DNA of 64,000 nt from NCBI GenBank assembly GCA_964304625.1, contig OZ199838.1:13679002-13743001 (forward strand), read 5' to 3'. This document shows positions 1 to 13,695 of this stretch, one piece after another; position 1 is the stretch's first letter; every line of letters begins with the position of its first letter. Position numbers and translations under genes: made by a program. Under the pieces are notes generated by a model. The model saw only the letters and a list, made by a program, of their open reading frames with translations, was not told the origin of the DNA and searched no databases. Source of the stretch: Kudoa neothunni. Taxonomy: Eukaryota > Animalia > Cnidaria.

Positions 1-1127
1 AATACCATCAAATTATACTTAATTGAATTTCCATGATTTTTGAAATATCATTGTATAAAATTAATCGAATATTATCTTTGAATTGTATACCAAATTACAT
101 TTATAACAGTGTAACGAATGATAACAATTTTAACATTGTTATGGGAAATTATTTCCTCAGAAATATCACAATAAACATTTAATAATTATTCGAAATTTTA
201 TATAAAGGGGCGCAATTAATAATCAATTTTCCTACGCTACTCAATACTATACGATGACACACAATTTTCACACTAACAGCACATGAGTCCCACTGAAAAA
301 GCTGCGATGTGTTCATAAACGGCCATTCGGTGGAAATCGTTATCAAATATTATCCCGAGTACGTGTGAAAATTTTTTATTATTCCATGGTTTACGGTCGA
401 AAGTTGTGTTTAGCTATTGCTCATTTTGTGTGATAAGCCAGCAGCATCTATGATAGTTGAACTTCAACCTATACACCGTGTTAATTAAATCTTTGTTATG
501 CGCACCACAAATGGAACATGATTGTCACCGCCCCTGGTATTAGTTTCCAGGCAGCAATTATAATAAAAATTGGTACATTTAATAAGTTTTTATGTAACTC
601 TTATTTTCTTAATTGTTGTTAAACACTAAAACAATTATTACAATCAATAATCATTTATTTTACCCTATCAAACTTGACCACGGTTCTTCATCCTATCAAT
701 TAAAGGATGTGCCCTAATCAGCGCCTGTCAAAACCACTAATATCTCACATTATTTCGTTGGCATACGACTGATCGTGTGGTTGATTGATTGATTGATTTT
801 GTGCTCAGTTTCTCATTCTGAGTTATTATTAGGTAATTATCTATTTATCAATGAGGTTGTGTGTTGGTAGTACTGTTACAACTAATATTTGGTTGTCGTA
901 TATGTGTTGTTATTTGCTGCAGCTATCGACCGTCCATTCATTTCTGATGTAATTTTGTTTTTTTCCAGGCTGTTTTTATCATTCTACAAACAAACAACTC
1001 TAAAAGTTTCACATCAATTACACTGGTTCACTGGATATTTTCACGCGATACAACCGACCCTAACTGCACGATCGCCTCTACTATTTCCAATTTCTATAGT
1101 TGGATATTCTGTGCTTAGTTTTTTACT

Positions 1128-4100
1128 ATGAAAAAATATGTTAAAAAGAAAGTTTGCTCGCTGAAAAACGCCACCGCTGTTAGTAATGAGTGTGGTGATA
1201 TTTCCCATCCTTGCGAGGAAACCGCCGGTCAGCATATTAATCGTGCTACTCCATCTAATTCAAAAAATAAAGATTTCAAAAGAAAGGTAAACGATGTGTC
1301 ATTTATTCATTCAAATGTATCGCATTTTTCGCACGCATCCTTAACAATTAATACCCATTTTAATTTTCGGCGTGTTTTGTGCTTAATCTCTTAATTTCGT
1401 TTGTAATTTTTTAGCATGGCGCTCAATTCGAGTTTTCGTTGCGACTATCATTTTATCAATTAAGAGATCAATCCGTATTTGTGCATTGTGTTGTCTTTCT
1501 TATCAGTTAATGATAGAACTCGCTGTGAAAATTTCCAATTAAATAAAGAATTGCGGCGATTAAATCATTACTCAGCGATTTTGATTTCATTAGGGATACA
1601 TAATAAGTTAATCTCACTGGATGAATGGATGAGCGCACCGTGAAATGTGATATTGTGCTTAGCCTACTTCCCTTGTTAATTCTCCATGGGAGCATTCTTA
1701 AATCATACACTACTTAACAAATAAACCATTGGGGAATTTATAACTGTGCGGGATTCGATGTGGATTTTGTATAAAACTGATAATTTTGTGTAAATTGCCG
1801 AGATAATTAATAGATTTGTCCAGTGTTTTATTATCACCGCTTCTTAACTAATATTACGTTGACCCGGTGTTAAATATAAGTCACACATTGTTTGAAATTA
1901 ATCTACTGTGAAAAGGCTGCCACGATTTGATTCATTATTTAATTGATATTAATTGATTGCGCACATTTAATAATTACGTACCTAATGCTACAACTAGTGC
2001 CGCTATGCGAAACTCTAAGTAGGGTTGTTTATTACAGTGTAATTGTGTAACTGATTAATGCCGCACAATCTATTTCAGGGATTGATATAGTTGGGCGGTA
2101 ATTCTTGAGCGTCATATTCAGTTAATGTATGCATCCAGTTAACTTGGACGTTGCATTTGTTTAGTTTGTAAGATTGATGTAAGTTTAAATTTTTTCACAC
2201 GGGAATTGTGTAGTTGTTTGCCGCTACAAATTGTTGATTTTTCGTGCGTTTAATTGGTTCAGACGTTAGTTGAACGTTACATATTAATTTTATCGAGTGA
2301 TACTGAACAGCATTTTTTTTTGATCAGCCAACTGAACTCTGTTATTATCTAGGTCAATATCGGATTACGATTAAATTCTATTGTTCAATCAGATTCAAAA
2401 ACTTCTCACATTGCCTCTTCCAAAGTCACTTCTAAGTTGCAGATCTTTCGTGATATGGTTAGTTCAAAGTTGAGACCATGTGTCAAAAAGCGCAAGTCCG
2501 TCGATGACAAAACAAACTCCTTCTATTCTTCGATACATGCTACAGCAGGTGTATCTTCGTCACCTAAACAGCAATCTGTAAGCAACACCAAATTGAGCTA
2601 TAGCTCATCGTTAAGAAGCGCAAAATATTGTAAAACGCCAGTCAAACTACATTCCAAACATAAAACTCTTCAAGCGCTTAATCAATCGTTCGATGGTGGA
2701 CACAACAAAGGCCCGTTATTTTGTACTGATGGTGAGTTGTCGTCCTCAGCACCACAACAAACTCTTCAATTGGAATCGAATGAACAACTATTACCCTTTG
2801 TCAATCGACCGGGCTATAATCAAGAATTGGTCGATGAAAACGACCAAATCACTCAAGATATTATTAAAGCTGTTCAAACAAATTACAATCTATCTAAAGA
2901 TTTTGTTCTTACGTCCGAAGGCTTAAAAAAGATCGTGTTCCCTGTACCGCCCGTATCTAATGTTAACATTGATCGAGGCATCAACTACAACAATAACGAT
3001 CAATTTGAATCGATACAATCTAATGATGGGGTTTTCAACTCGAATATGTCTAGACCAAGCTCGTCACAAAGTTTATCCAACACACACCCCTACCACACCA
3101 GACAATATTCCGACAGCTATGGCAGTTACAACTATGGTCAACAACTTACTCTGACCAGTGAGGATGAGACTGCCGGTTCGTTTTATGGATCAACTAGAAA
3201 ATTAGCGCATCATCAATACAACAATGGTGACGATCAACAGCACGGATTCACTGATGAAAATGATATCGATCTATCGTGCAATTCTGAATCACGTATGCAC
3301 TCCACTTTTAATAATAATAATAACAACAACAACAACAACAACAACAACAAAAGTTCTTTATCATCACAAACCGCCACTTGCGCTACCACTACTACCAACA
3401 CCAATTATTATAACAACTCAGATGATACTTTGAATGATGTCATTCTGCGAAATCAACTCAAATCCACATTACATCCTACCAACAGCGTTTATTCGATCAA
3501 CAATTTCAACGTGAACTGTTTGTTGGTTTCCAACTATCCTGATCCATTTCAATACAATTCCAAATGTTGCTACAGCGCTGAAACATGGGAAAGCATGATC
3601 AACTCCGCAAATTTACATACACCACGTCTATTCTATTTGAAGAAACAAAAATATGTGTCTGTGAAAACAAGAGCTATTCTTTTTGGATGGTTGGCTGAGG
3701 TGTGTGATGCCTTCAAAATGCATCGTGATACCTACTATCTGGCTATCAATTACGTCGATCGTTATCTCTCTGCCGTCGCAGATGTGCGATGCAATCAACT
3801 GCAACTGTTGGGGGTTACTGCGTTGTATGTGGCCGCAAAGTTAGAAGAGATTTATCCACCTAATTTGCAACGCTTCGTCAATGTTACTGATGGTGCCACC
3901 ACACAAGAACAAGTGCTCGTTCAGGAGCTGGCTTTGGTAAAAACCCTCAAATGGCAACTCAATGAAATGACTGCTTACACTTGGCTTGCGTTATTTGTAT
4001 TGACATTCGAGAACTTTCAACTACTGCAACCACATTCCACCAACTGCAGAACACATCCTAAGACTCGTGGCCACGAAAAACGACTCTCTAGTAGAGGTCA

Positions 4101-4628
4101 GTGGAAAATGCGCTGCCTTGAATTTCCTACCACGGCATTTAAAGAGATTGTACACATCACCAAAGTTAGCTTGCTCATCAACTCTGTATTTCTAATTCTC
4201 CTTTCTTTTAGCTGCTAGAAGTGGTGGTGATTGACGCCGAGTCCTTGAAGTACTCTAGTATTGTGCTGGCCGCTTCGATTTTTTTTATTTGTCGAAATTA
4301 CGACCAATCTATACTCGATTTCACTGGTATCTCTTTCCGGCAAATTGAAAACTGCGTCAGCTGGATGAACGTGTATAGTGGTGTTATTCGTGGTAGACGA
4401 CCATCTATTTCTGTTATGAACACCTCACAGCTCTCATCCAACAGCAACTCCTCCAAAAGCTCATCCAACAATTCGTTCAGTGTTATCCACAATCAGAACG
4501 ATGAAAACTACACCATCCAACGACATCGTGATGCATTGAAATATTTTGAAAACCTACAACACAAAGTCAAATCCGAATCAAGCATCAATGTGCCTAGTGG
4601 TATTATTGTTGACAAGTGCTATCGTTAG
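1128..4628 (+). CDS. CCNE: G1/S cyclin E, ~795 aa, 3 coding exons (1128-1286, 2353-4164, 4212-4628) with a long low-complexity N-terminal extension
   Basis: Cyclin box RAILFGWLAEVCDAFKMHRDTYYLAINYVDRYL and [21 protein letters not shown] match the cyclin E signatures ([35 protein letters not shown]). GT-AG introns 1287-2352 and 4165-4211 are both phase 0 and join the frames without stops. Exon 1 is less certain. Confidence 0.88.
3310..3351 (+). repeat. (AAT)n(AAC)n coding microsatellite giving a poly-Asn tract in cyclin E
   Basis: aataataataataacaacaacaac... read directly; the ORF shows a run of 14 N. Confidence 0.9.
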
Positions 4629-7600
4629 TTCTTGTCAACTTTGTCACCACACCAGCCTCAAATCCGCTGTCTGGGTGACTATTGGTCTTGTCCAAATTTT
4701 CTTTTTTATATTTCAAGATTTGTACCTTATTGATACCTAGAAATTATTCCGTTATAGTTAATTATTATTGTGATACGATTTGGTTTTCCTTTTTTTCTTC
4801 AAATAAAATTTGTGTACGCATATTTAAAAGAGAAACGATTAAATAAATGGAATAACTTTAAATCTCTGATTTCTAATAATACGACACAAAATATACTAGA
4901 ATTAAAAGTGTGAGATCTCTAGATCGTAATTTAATGGGAAACTTCATATTAACTCTGCTAGTCGTGAAATGTGGATATGATTCCAATTTTGGGTAGTGTC
5001 TATTCGCCATTATAAATTTAATGGATTGAGCGGATTTTTTCCTATAGTTGAGTATCCTTAGTCCAAAAAAAGCTCGAAGGTGGCTTAGTAATAATTAAAT
5101 TTAAAAAATTATAGAAAATGCAGTTTATATGTATCTCATTAATGGAATATGTGGGGATTAAGAATTGTAGAAGCGCGTACGACTGTCGTATCGTGCTTGT
5201 TCTGTGACAAGAGTTAATGTGATGTTTCGCTTTGTATTAAATGAGAATTTCACTAGAAATAAGTTGTAATAGCTTTTTAAGTGCAAAATTAAAAATATTT
5301 TTCCTGAATGAACAAGATCTATCTTGAAAATAAAGCTGGGAGCATATTTGTAGTTCAATTGATAAAAGCTAAGGCGAAAATAAGCCGTAGAAATTTTTTA
5401 TAGAATAAAATTGATATCACTTAGTATTACATTCATATAAACATTGTAGATCAATGTTTTTTAACCCTGATAGAAGAGTTCTCCTTTATTGGCGACGAAG
5501 TGTTTTTCAAATTTAATTTTGATGGCCATTTATCAGTAACTATGAAAAGAATAATTTGACCTTTTATTCTCAATGTTGATTAAAATTGAAATGATTGGAA
5601 GAAAAAAGTGCATCTGCATGACGTTATTTTGAATGTTTCCTTCCAAGTAGTTTAAATGTTAGTGCTTTTTATCCATTTAAATATAAATTCAAAATAATTT
5701 TAATGAATTTTATTATAAAAAGCATTTAAAAATTTGAAATTGTGCCATCTTAAATAATGTATGATATTTTTACACATAATCGTAATACCTTCCATAAACG
5801 ATTTTTGTTCAATTATAATTTGTCATATTTTAAAAATATTAATATAGGTAGTTAAAAAGTTGGGAAATTAATTTACATAAATTATGAAAGAAAGATTATT
5901 GTGTCCTATCTAATAAACCGTTATTGTCATGATTCATAATTGTATAATATATCAACTTCAAGGGTAAAGTATGTACCAAAACTCAATCTGCTATGTTTCT
6001 ATTTAAAAATATTAAATCAATGTTTCCCAACGTGGAACACATATCTCAAAAGTGGAACCTGAAAAAAGTTATGGTGTGGCTTGGAAATTTTTGAACGTTT
6101 AATGATCCGCTCTGGTGGGACGCTGACAATTCTCAGCATTGGTGTGATACGGATTGTGGAGACATAATTGGGCAGTATGACGTACTTTGAAGTTAATATC
6201 GTGATTTTTGACATCGCTTATCTATTAGCGACGATTAATATCGTAAAAAATACAAAAACAATGACTGATATAAAAATTAATAATAATATTTAACGTGTCC
6301 TTCACCCCAATAGAATCAGAATGGTTCGAATCTCAATATTGTCTGATTTACAATCGTATATCCCCTTATTTGATTAAACCTAATATAATGTTAATTCATT
6401 TTGTATTTATATCATTTATTTACCTTTTATTAGGCCCATATACATAAACGTCTTCCCGAATGGAGGTGGACTACGGCTTGTTCCATCTGAGTCTGTTTTT
6501 GACGGAATGAAGAACTAAAGATGTTAATTTTTAAGGTCCATCGATAAATTCAGATAGATCTGATCGAATACATTTGAATTGGAAAATGATATATATTAGA
6601 TGCTTTCAAATTTTAGTGTAATAAGTATCTTTATTCAAAGTTATAAACAATTTAATTTAAAAGTCAATGCGTTTGAAAAAGGTGAAACACGGGACTTTTT
6701 TTTAATAAGTGGGCATAAAAGAAAAAAAGTTATGGAAACATTGCTTCAAATGTTTTCAGATGTGGAGTAGAAATTTGTTATATCTATGTTTAAAAAATTT
6801 AAATATTTTTAGATATAGAATAGTTTTGAAAATGAGACGTTGACACAAAAAATTGATCGATGTATTAGCATATTGATTATATTAAGTCATTGTTTACAAA
6901 TCTGATACAAAATAAATATCCAATGCATCATAATGACGGCGTAAAATTTTTCGGTGGTTATGCTAAATACGAACAAACTTATTATTTAATTTCCATTTTT
7001 CCTGTAATTTGATTATAATCTCGAAAAAACTTTTGTTGGCATTTTAACTTATTAAATCGTTAGAACTAACCACTTTTATCGTAATATATTATTTTAAGGT
7101 CGTAAACAAGAAATTTGGGCACAAGACGGTTAACAATCTTATTAACCCTCTCAATCCGAACACGACGCGATATGACATTGTGTTTCTATTATTTTATATT
7201 TGACGCAGTTTTAACAACTGAACGACTATTGTAATGTATGATCCAATATAAAATTTATGTTAAGTCAAATATTTTTTATCTTCTCGAAATTATTTTTCCG
7301 GTCGAATTGGTAAAGTAGGAGCGAAAGGAGCAACTAATAACTATATTACAAAAAACTCATTGCAAACAATCATATTTTAGTCGGCTTTCACTAACTTTAG
7401 GTCTTATGATTATTGTTAACTTCATGCTGATAAACCCCTCTATTTTTAGCATATTTTGGCAGGTCGATCATACTTTTTAACTAACAAGCGCATCGGTTCT
7501 GAAATAGAAACAGATGGGTCACAGAACAATTATTAGTCAATATTTACATAGAAAACTAGATATATCAGAAGCAGTTCTGCCAGCAGGTTAAAAAACCCCC

Positions 7601-8260
7601 AAAGAGATTAAAAAATTTTGGCGTATCTCCACATATAAAATTAAACCTTTATAAATAAAATACATGTTTTTAAATTTGCACGCGCGCTCACCAAAAAAAT
7701 AACATTTTCAAAATTTATTTTATATTCAAAATTAGTAAAAACTATTACGATATTTTTGTTTGGTAACTACGTAATTCGGCTACAATATTTGGATATTTTT
7801 TGCCTCCATGTTAAAGCGTTGAATCAAAAGCGATAACTTTTTGGATATTGTTCATAAGCGAAAGCAAGCATGGTTCATTCACTTTCTGTTATTTCGATCG
7901 CGACAGAGCAACACGATCCCTGATATCGCAAAATGTTTGCTATTCAGAAAATTTTTAAAGGGAAAAAGACGAAATGATAGCAAAATTTGATGAAATGTGG
8001 GTTCTTGCATTCAAAGACGAACTTCGATTCCTGGAGCACCGCTACCAGCATTCAATGGGGTTTTAACAAATTAAAGGTTTTAAATCTTTATTATTAAATT
8101 ATTCTAAATTTAGATACTTATTATAAGAATAATTAATTAAAATGGACAAAATTGTTCATATTTGACATCGCCAGACATATCAGCAACATTTATTTAAATT
8201 TTGATGCCAATAAAAAGTTTCATAGGTATTCCTGCCGCGGAACCCCGATTGAAAACCACT

Positions 8261-8832
8261 GCTCTAAATTATCAAAAAACGAACTACCTCCAAAGATTTT
8301 GGGGTGAAATTCACCCCGGAATTTTTTTGAATAAATTTAAACAAAAAAATTGTAATAAATTTACTCCTAAAATAATATATGCTTTGACACATTGTATTCA
8401 GAGAAAAATTGTCATTACTCACATTACTAATCCTCATAAAACCTTATACGGCGTAAGTCAAGTCACCAATTCTTCGGTAACACACAAAAGTAAAAAACGT
8501 AACTGCTATGTATTTTATTTTAATTTCTAATATAATTTATTTTTTTAACATAATGAGCTAATATAAAATTCATTTTGAACAATAAACCCATTTTTTGGAT
8601 GAATAATTAAATACAAATTATGCTGAGGTGAATTTCACCCCAAAATCTTTGGAGAGTGTTTTCCAATTTGTAATGATTTCCTATTTTTTTTTAAGCCAAA
8701 AACTCACAAATTTTACTTAAATAAATTTATAGATATAGCGATAATTTCACATGAATTAAAAAAACCATGAAAGAATATATGATAGGATTAGAACTTGTTT
8801 GAGGTGAATTTCACCCCAAAATCCTTAGAGGG
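8261..8832. mobile_element. Non-autonomous piggyBac-like element; the left terminus is interrupted by a hAT end
   Basis: Right end ...caccccaaaatccttagaggg|TTAA. Palindrome G(G/A)GGTGAA(A/T)TTCACCCC at ~8300, 8625 and 8801. The left part (ctctaaattatcaaaaaacgaactacctccaaaga) aligns with the intact end at 60252 but is preceded by a hAT TIR ending at 8260. Confidence 0.75.
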
Positions 8833-9114
8833 TTAAAATACAATAAAAATAGAATAGTATCTATTAAAGTTTTTTAATCTTCTGATTCTATAATTTCGTC
8901 TTCAGATATTAAATTTAAATTTATTGTCGTATTATTGTAATTTTTAGGCGCGATCACTCACCCATACCTAATGTCTAGTGTAGATCAATATACTCACAAT
9001 TAATTACCTCATAATTCAAGATATATTTTTAAATAACGTTTAAATTTTCTAATAATTTATGACGATGTTTACTTAGAAATTATGTAATCGGATCACGTTA
9101 AACAACCTAATAGG

Positions 9115-9422
9115 CCAGGCTGACCTAAAATAGAAGCCGCATTTAGTGAACTTCAAATTTTTCGGAGCCACTAGGAATAAAAATTAAATTTCGGGATTTG
9201 TTATTATATTTTGTCTAAACGTTTTCATTAATAATGAATTAATATTAAGTTCATGCGTTTTTATTCAGGACAAATGCATGATCCTATGGCTTTCAAAGTA
9301 TCAAAATAACTTTATGAGCAAAAAATTAATGAAGCGATAAATCAAGTCTAAATTTTTCAAAAGCCGCACTTCAACTTCCAAGAGCCATATGTGGCTCGCG
9401 ATCCGCGGTTTGGCCATCCCTG
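9115..9422 (-). mobile_element. hAT (Buster/Charlie-like) MITE
   Basis: Terminus reads CAGGGATGGCCAAACCGCGG on the minus strand. The body aligns by eye, inverted, with the copy at 29753-30020. Confidence 0.7.
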
Positions 9423-9795
9423 TAACGGGCTATTGTTCAACATCGTAAAAGTTTAAACCCCGCATGATATAATCAGAATAAGACATGTTATTAAAAAATA
9501 TAAATATTAACGTCCCATACCCAAATCTTTGTGTTATTATTCAATGTTTACCGATTTTCATTAAGAACCCAATCAGAAGGCATACCTCAAACTATCTCCC
9601 GCTACAGCATCAAATATGCTCATAAAAGAACGCATGACATTCACGTGTTGCAAGCGGAAATAAATGTTTTAACAACAAGAAATATTAGAGTGACTAGAAA
9701 ACGCCTAGCAGAAATGATAAAAAAGACAATCAATAACAGCAATCTAAACATCAACAACACAGCCTACAACATTAAATATCAATAACGGTTGTTGT

Positions 9796-10203
9796 TTAAG
9801 CGCGACGTTTCATTGCCAACAGTATTTTGTTGAGTTCTTCTCTCTTTCGCTTTGCTCTTTTCATAGCTCCGAGCTAAATAAAACGTTTCAACGATACAAC
9901 AACACATCAATTGAATACTCTAGTTTTAAGGAACTTAAGACAGCGTTTATCTTTATTGATTTTCAACATTTCAATAGCTCTTTTCTCGTATGGAGCAAGA
10001 CCAGCAACCTCTTTGATTACTTCACGCACAAATTGAACACGCTTGGACGCTCTCTAAACATAACCATAGTCTTGACAATCATTAGTCACGATTATTACTC
10101 CTTTTTGAGACGTTGAAGTGACTCTCTTTGGGAGTCTCCTAACAATGTGACCTTTGTTTGGTCCAACAACAATTCCAGAAGCATTCTCTTTGGTGGCAGC
10201 CAT
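9796..10203 (-). CDS. RPL36: 60S ribosomal protein L36 (eL36), 105 aa; exons 10203-10099, 10053-9919, 9873-9796
   Basis: Spliced product [12 protein letters not shown]...[55 protein letters not shown] is canonical eL36. Two 45-nt GT-AG introns. Confidence 0.97.
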
Positions 10204-11478
10204 CGCAAAAACAGATAAACACGAGTTCTCACGAAGCCTCACGTGCAAATAGTCATATGAACAATGTGACTATCAGAGTGTAATTTGAATACCTAGCTGA
10301 TTTGAACAATTCATTATTTAACATTTTAAAATTATTTTTATGAATTAAGCGGAGTCAGAGTTGACGAATCTTAAATTGCGTTTGAAGCATGCGCGTTGAT
10401 TGTCTTGATTTTTCTATTTATCTTCATAGAGTAGTCAAATTTAAAAATAAATAATATTTATATAAAAAACAATTTTATAATTTATTAAGGTGATATATTA
10501 AATCAGATATAGTGTTAATTGTACTTTTGTTTTTCGCTGAGATAATATTTGCTATAAGCTTGAGATAAATACACTGTAATCAGTTAGTGGTGTAGCTTTT
10601 TTTGAAACAATTTTTGGTGGGACGCGACGTTAAGTTTTTTTGGTATTGATTAAAGTCGGATATACTATTTGAATATGTGTGTCTAACTGATAAAATCATA
10701 AAGATCTATAAAATATCACCGCTCAAATTTGACTTACGATAATGTCACAAGTTGTTTCAAGTAAGTAATAATTAATAGCTACTTAGGTTAAAATTACGTG
10801 GTAACTTTAGCTTAATTTTTAGTTTTTATAATTGTTTAATGTAAGAATTGTAATGTATCAAGAAGCAATTACGAGAAATTATAATTTTAAATTAAATTAT
10901 CACAACAATTTGAGTCAATCGTAATGTTTCTACTCATTCTAATGGTTTATATTATAGTTTAACATATTATTGAAGTTGAGGTTATCTTTTAAAGAATAAC
11001 ATAACGTGGAAAATTAAATCTAGTTTTCTTAAGCAATCTTATGGATAAACAAGGTTTATTTTTGTAATATGTGCATATGCCGAATTTTCGTCGATTATTG
11101 CAGTAAATTATCCAAATCTGGCTAAGATATCAGCTGATATATTGATATTCACGCCAAACCTACTACTTGTCAACAGCTATGAGGATATGATTTTGCCTGT
11201 AATAGTATTAAACGTTTAGTGTATTAAATCTGTTAATTATTCGATGCTGACTATACTCAGGTACGTTAATGATTTGCATAAAACTATGATTTTTGTGTTA
11301 AAGGAACAAGAATATGTTTCCATACAAAATAGCCAATGTCTCTTTTCTATATGGAAATATACGTAAAAAGTGACCAAAACAAATTGTTTGTTGCACATTT
11401 TATGAGTTCTATTTATCGTAATTGTGGGAATGTTGACTAATTTTATGACCATCTAATTCGATAATCTATTGGACTACC

Positions 11479-11485
11479 TATAAAT
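11479..11485 (+). promoter_or_regulatory. Putative TATA box of the cathepsin L gene
   Basis: cTATAAAt about 50 nt upstream of the ATG at 11530. Motif only, in an AT-rich background. Confidence 0.4.
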
Positions 11486-11529
11486 GCAGAATTTTCTGCT
11501 AATCTTAGATCACCTAAAATTGAGGAGTC

Positions 11530-12666
11530 ATGTCGTCAGAAGATTATGCTACAAGATATTGGCCTGCCCATAAATTAAAATACAATGTTGGCTTTGAAAG
11601 TGTGGAGGAAGAGAGACGACGTATGTGTAACTTTAAAGAGAACCATATGTTCATTGATAACTTTAATATCCACAACAACAAGTACCACTACTGTAGGCAT
11701 AATCATCTGTCTCATTGGGTAATATAAAATTCATTTTGAGAATTAGTTTTCGTTCCCTAGTTGTAGTAACCATTATAAGTAGTATTGTCTTTGATGGGGA
11801 ATTAGTTTAAGTCTAGGCCGAATATTTTTGTAGATTATATATTTTTTATAGAGTCATGAAGAGTACGTTGCATGGCTAACTCTAAAATCCGGTCTACTTC
11901 AACAAGTATTACAATCTGGTTCTACTCATCCACCTACGAAACAATCAGAGCAGGTGTCCAAAGATATTAAATCAAGTCTTCCGTCTTTTGTTGACTGGAG
12001 AGCTATAGGAAAAGTTACCAACGTAAAGAATCAAGGCAGATGTGGAAGTTGTTGGTCATTCAGTGCCACTGGGGCGATCGAATCAGCTTATGCAATTAAA
12101 ACTGGAGAATTGATCAATTTTAGCGAGCAACAATTAGTAGACTGTTCTACTCAAAATAATGGTTGCGACGGTGGTTTGCCGGCTGTGGCATTTCAATATG
12201 TAGCTGAGAACGGAATAATGAGATGGAGGAATTATCCCTACACCGGACAAGTAGCTAAGTTTTAATCAAATCTACTCTTCTCATCAATTTTGTATTATAG
12301 CAAGGTACTTGTCAGTATTCTTCGAAAGATGTAGTTAAAATTTCCAACTACCAAAATGTGGCAGAGAATGAAGGGAGCTTGATGGAAGCTGTCGCCACTG
12401 TCGGACCCATTTCAATTGCTATAAATGCATCAAGTAGGTCCTTCCAATTCTATGGAGGTGGAGTTTATTACGATCCTCTTGTACCATCCTACCCACTTGA
12501 TCATGCGGTTCTCCTTGTTGGATATGGACACCATAACAATGACAATTTCTGGTACGTTAAAAACAGTTGGGGTACTTGGTGGGGGGAACAGGGCTATATT
12601 TATATCAAGAGGAACGACAATAACTATCTGGGTGTAACCTCTTGTGCTTCATATCCTATTATTTGA
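11530..12666 (+). CDS. CTSL: Cathepsin L-like papain-family (C1A) cysteine protease, ~317 aa; exons 11530-11718, 11852-12250, 12301-12666
   Basis: I29 prodomain with a complete ERFNIN motif. Mature domain LPSFVDWR, QGRCGSCWSFS (catalytic Cys), SEQQLVDC, GCDGG, LDHAV (His), KNSWG (Asn). Phase-0 GT-AG introns. Confidence 0.95.
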
Positions 12667-13695
12667 AAGTGACATAGCTTTCAACCAACTAACTTATTAT
12701 TTCGTCTACTGCATACTTAACTACTAGTAAACTAAAATTGTTGCTACTGTTCATCTGATCTTTTTTTCTTTTGCGTCCTGTATACAAAATTATCATATCG
12801 ATGTGGATGAAACAAAAATTTCAATATTTGATCTGATTTTTATTGATTCCGAACATAAATTTAGGTAAAATTATTATAATATTTGTTACCATAAATTAGT
12901 TATTATTCGAATCATTCCACGTCAATGCAATGAATGACGAGTACTTTTATGTAAGTTCAGTAAACTAATTTTAATCTAGTGCCGTATATACCAGTGTTTC
13001 CCAATCTTTTTTCTACCACGCTCCCCCTTTTCTTGATAAAATGTTCCGCGTCCGCATTTTCCAAAAATATTTATTTTTTTTAATTAAAATTGCTTATAAT
13101 TTTGATTCAAACTTTATATCACATTCAAATTCAAATGTGATTAATAAATACTTTTTTTTCTTATTAAAATTAAGTTAAATTCAAACAGACCATATCTATT
13201 TGAATTTATCGATGGATCTTAAAAATTAGCATCTTTAGTTATTCATTGCGTCAAAAACAGTGTTAAGTGAAACTCGTTGTAATCTAGTTCACATTAAGCA
13301 AGACTTTCATGTTTACTGGTCTTATAAACGAAAAAATTAATCAATATTTTATTAGTATAAATCAAAAACAGGGGAGATCACGATTATAAATTAGATAAGA
13401 TTGGGATTAAAATGATTCCGAATCTATTTTGGTAAAAACCACGTGAAATGTTATTGTATATTTGTATTAATTTATCATTGGTTTTGATATTGTTTTATGA
13501 TATTAAGATCACTTAAAAATAAATGAGATCCAAAATCGAAGTATTGATTCCAATGTGCCAGATATATCCAATTATCTCACTATTATCCATGCTATATAAA
13601 TGCTCGGTAAGTTCCGCGTCCCACAAGAGACGTTTATTAAACGTTCAAAAATTTGTAAGCCCACCAAAATTTTTCCACGCCCTACGATGAGAAAC

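Noticed and set aside
2437-4218. The 593-aa ORF as the complete cyclin protein
   Set aside because: It starts at a TTG inside an exon and runs into an intron; the spliced model extends on both sides.
5168-5203. Short GC-rich hairpin (aagcgcgtacgactgtcgtatcgtgctt) as a terminator or Helitron end
   Set aside because: No CTRR terminus or other supporting context; too short to call.
7142-7160. TTAACCCTCTCAAT as the displaced terminus of the 8261-8832 piggyBac element
   Set aside because: It gives a 7/8 TSD match, but no hAT TIR follows it and it resembles a different TTAA-type end (~18360), so it cannot be assigned.
8288-8832. CRISPR-like array of palindromic repeats
   Set aside because: The repeats are few, irregularly spaced, partly inverted and tied to TTAA-flanked termini. 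They are piggyBac subterminal repeats in a eukaryotic genome.
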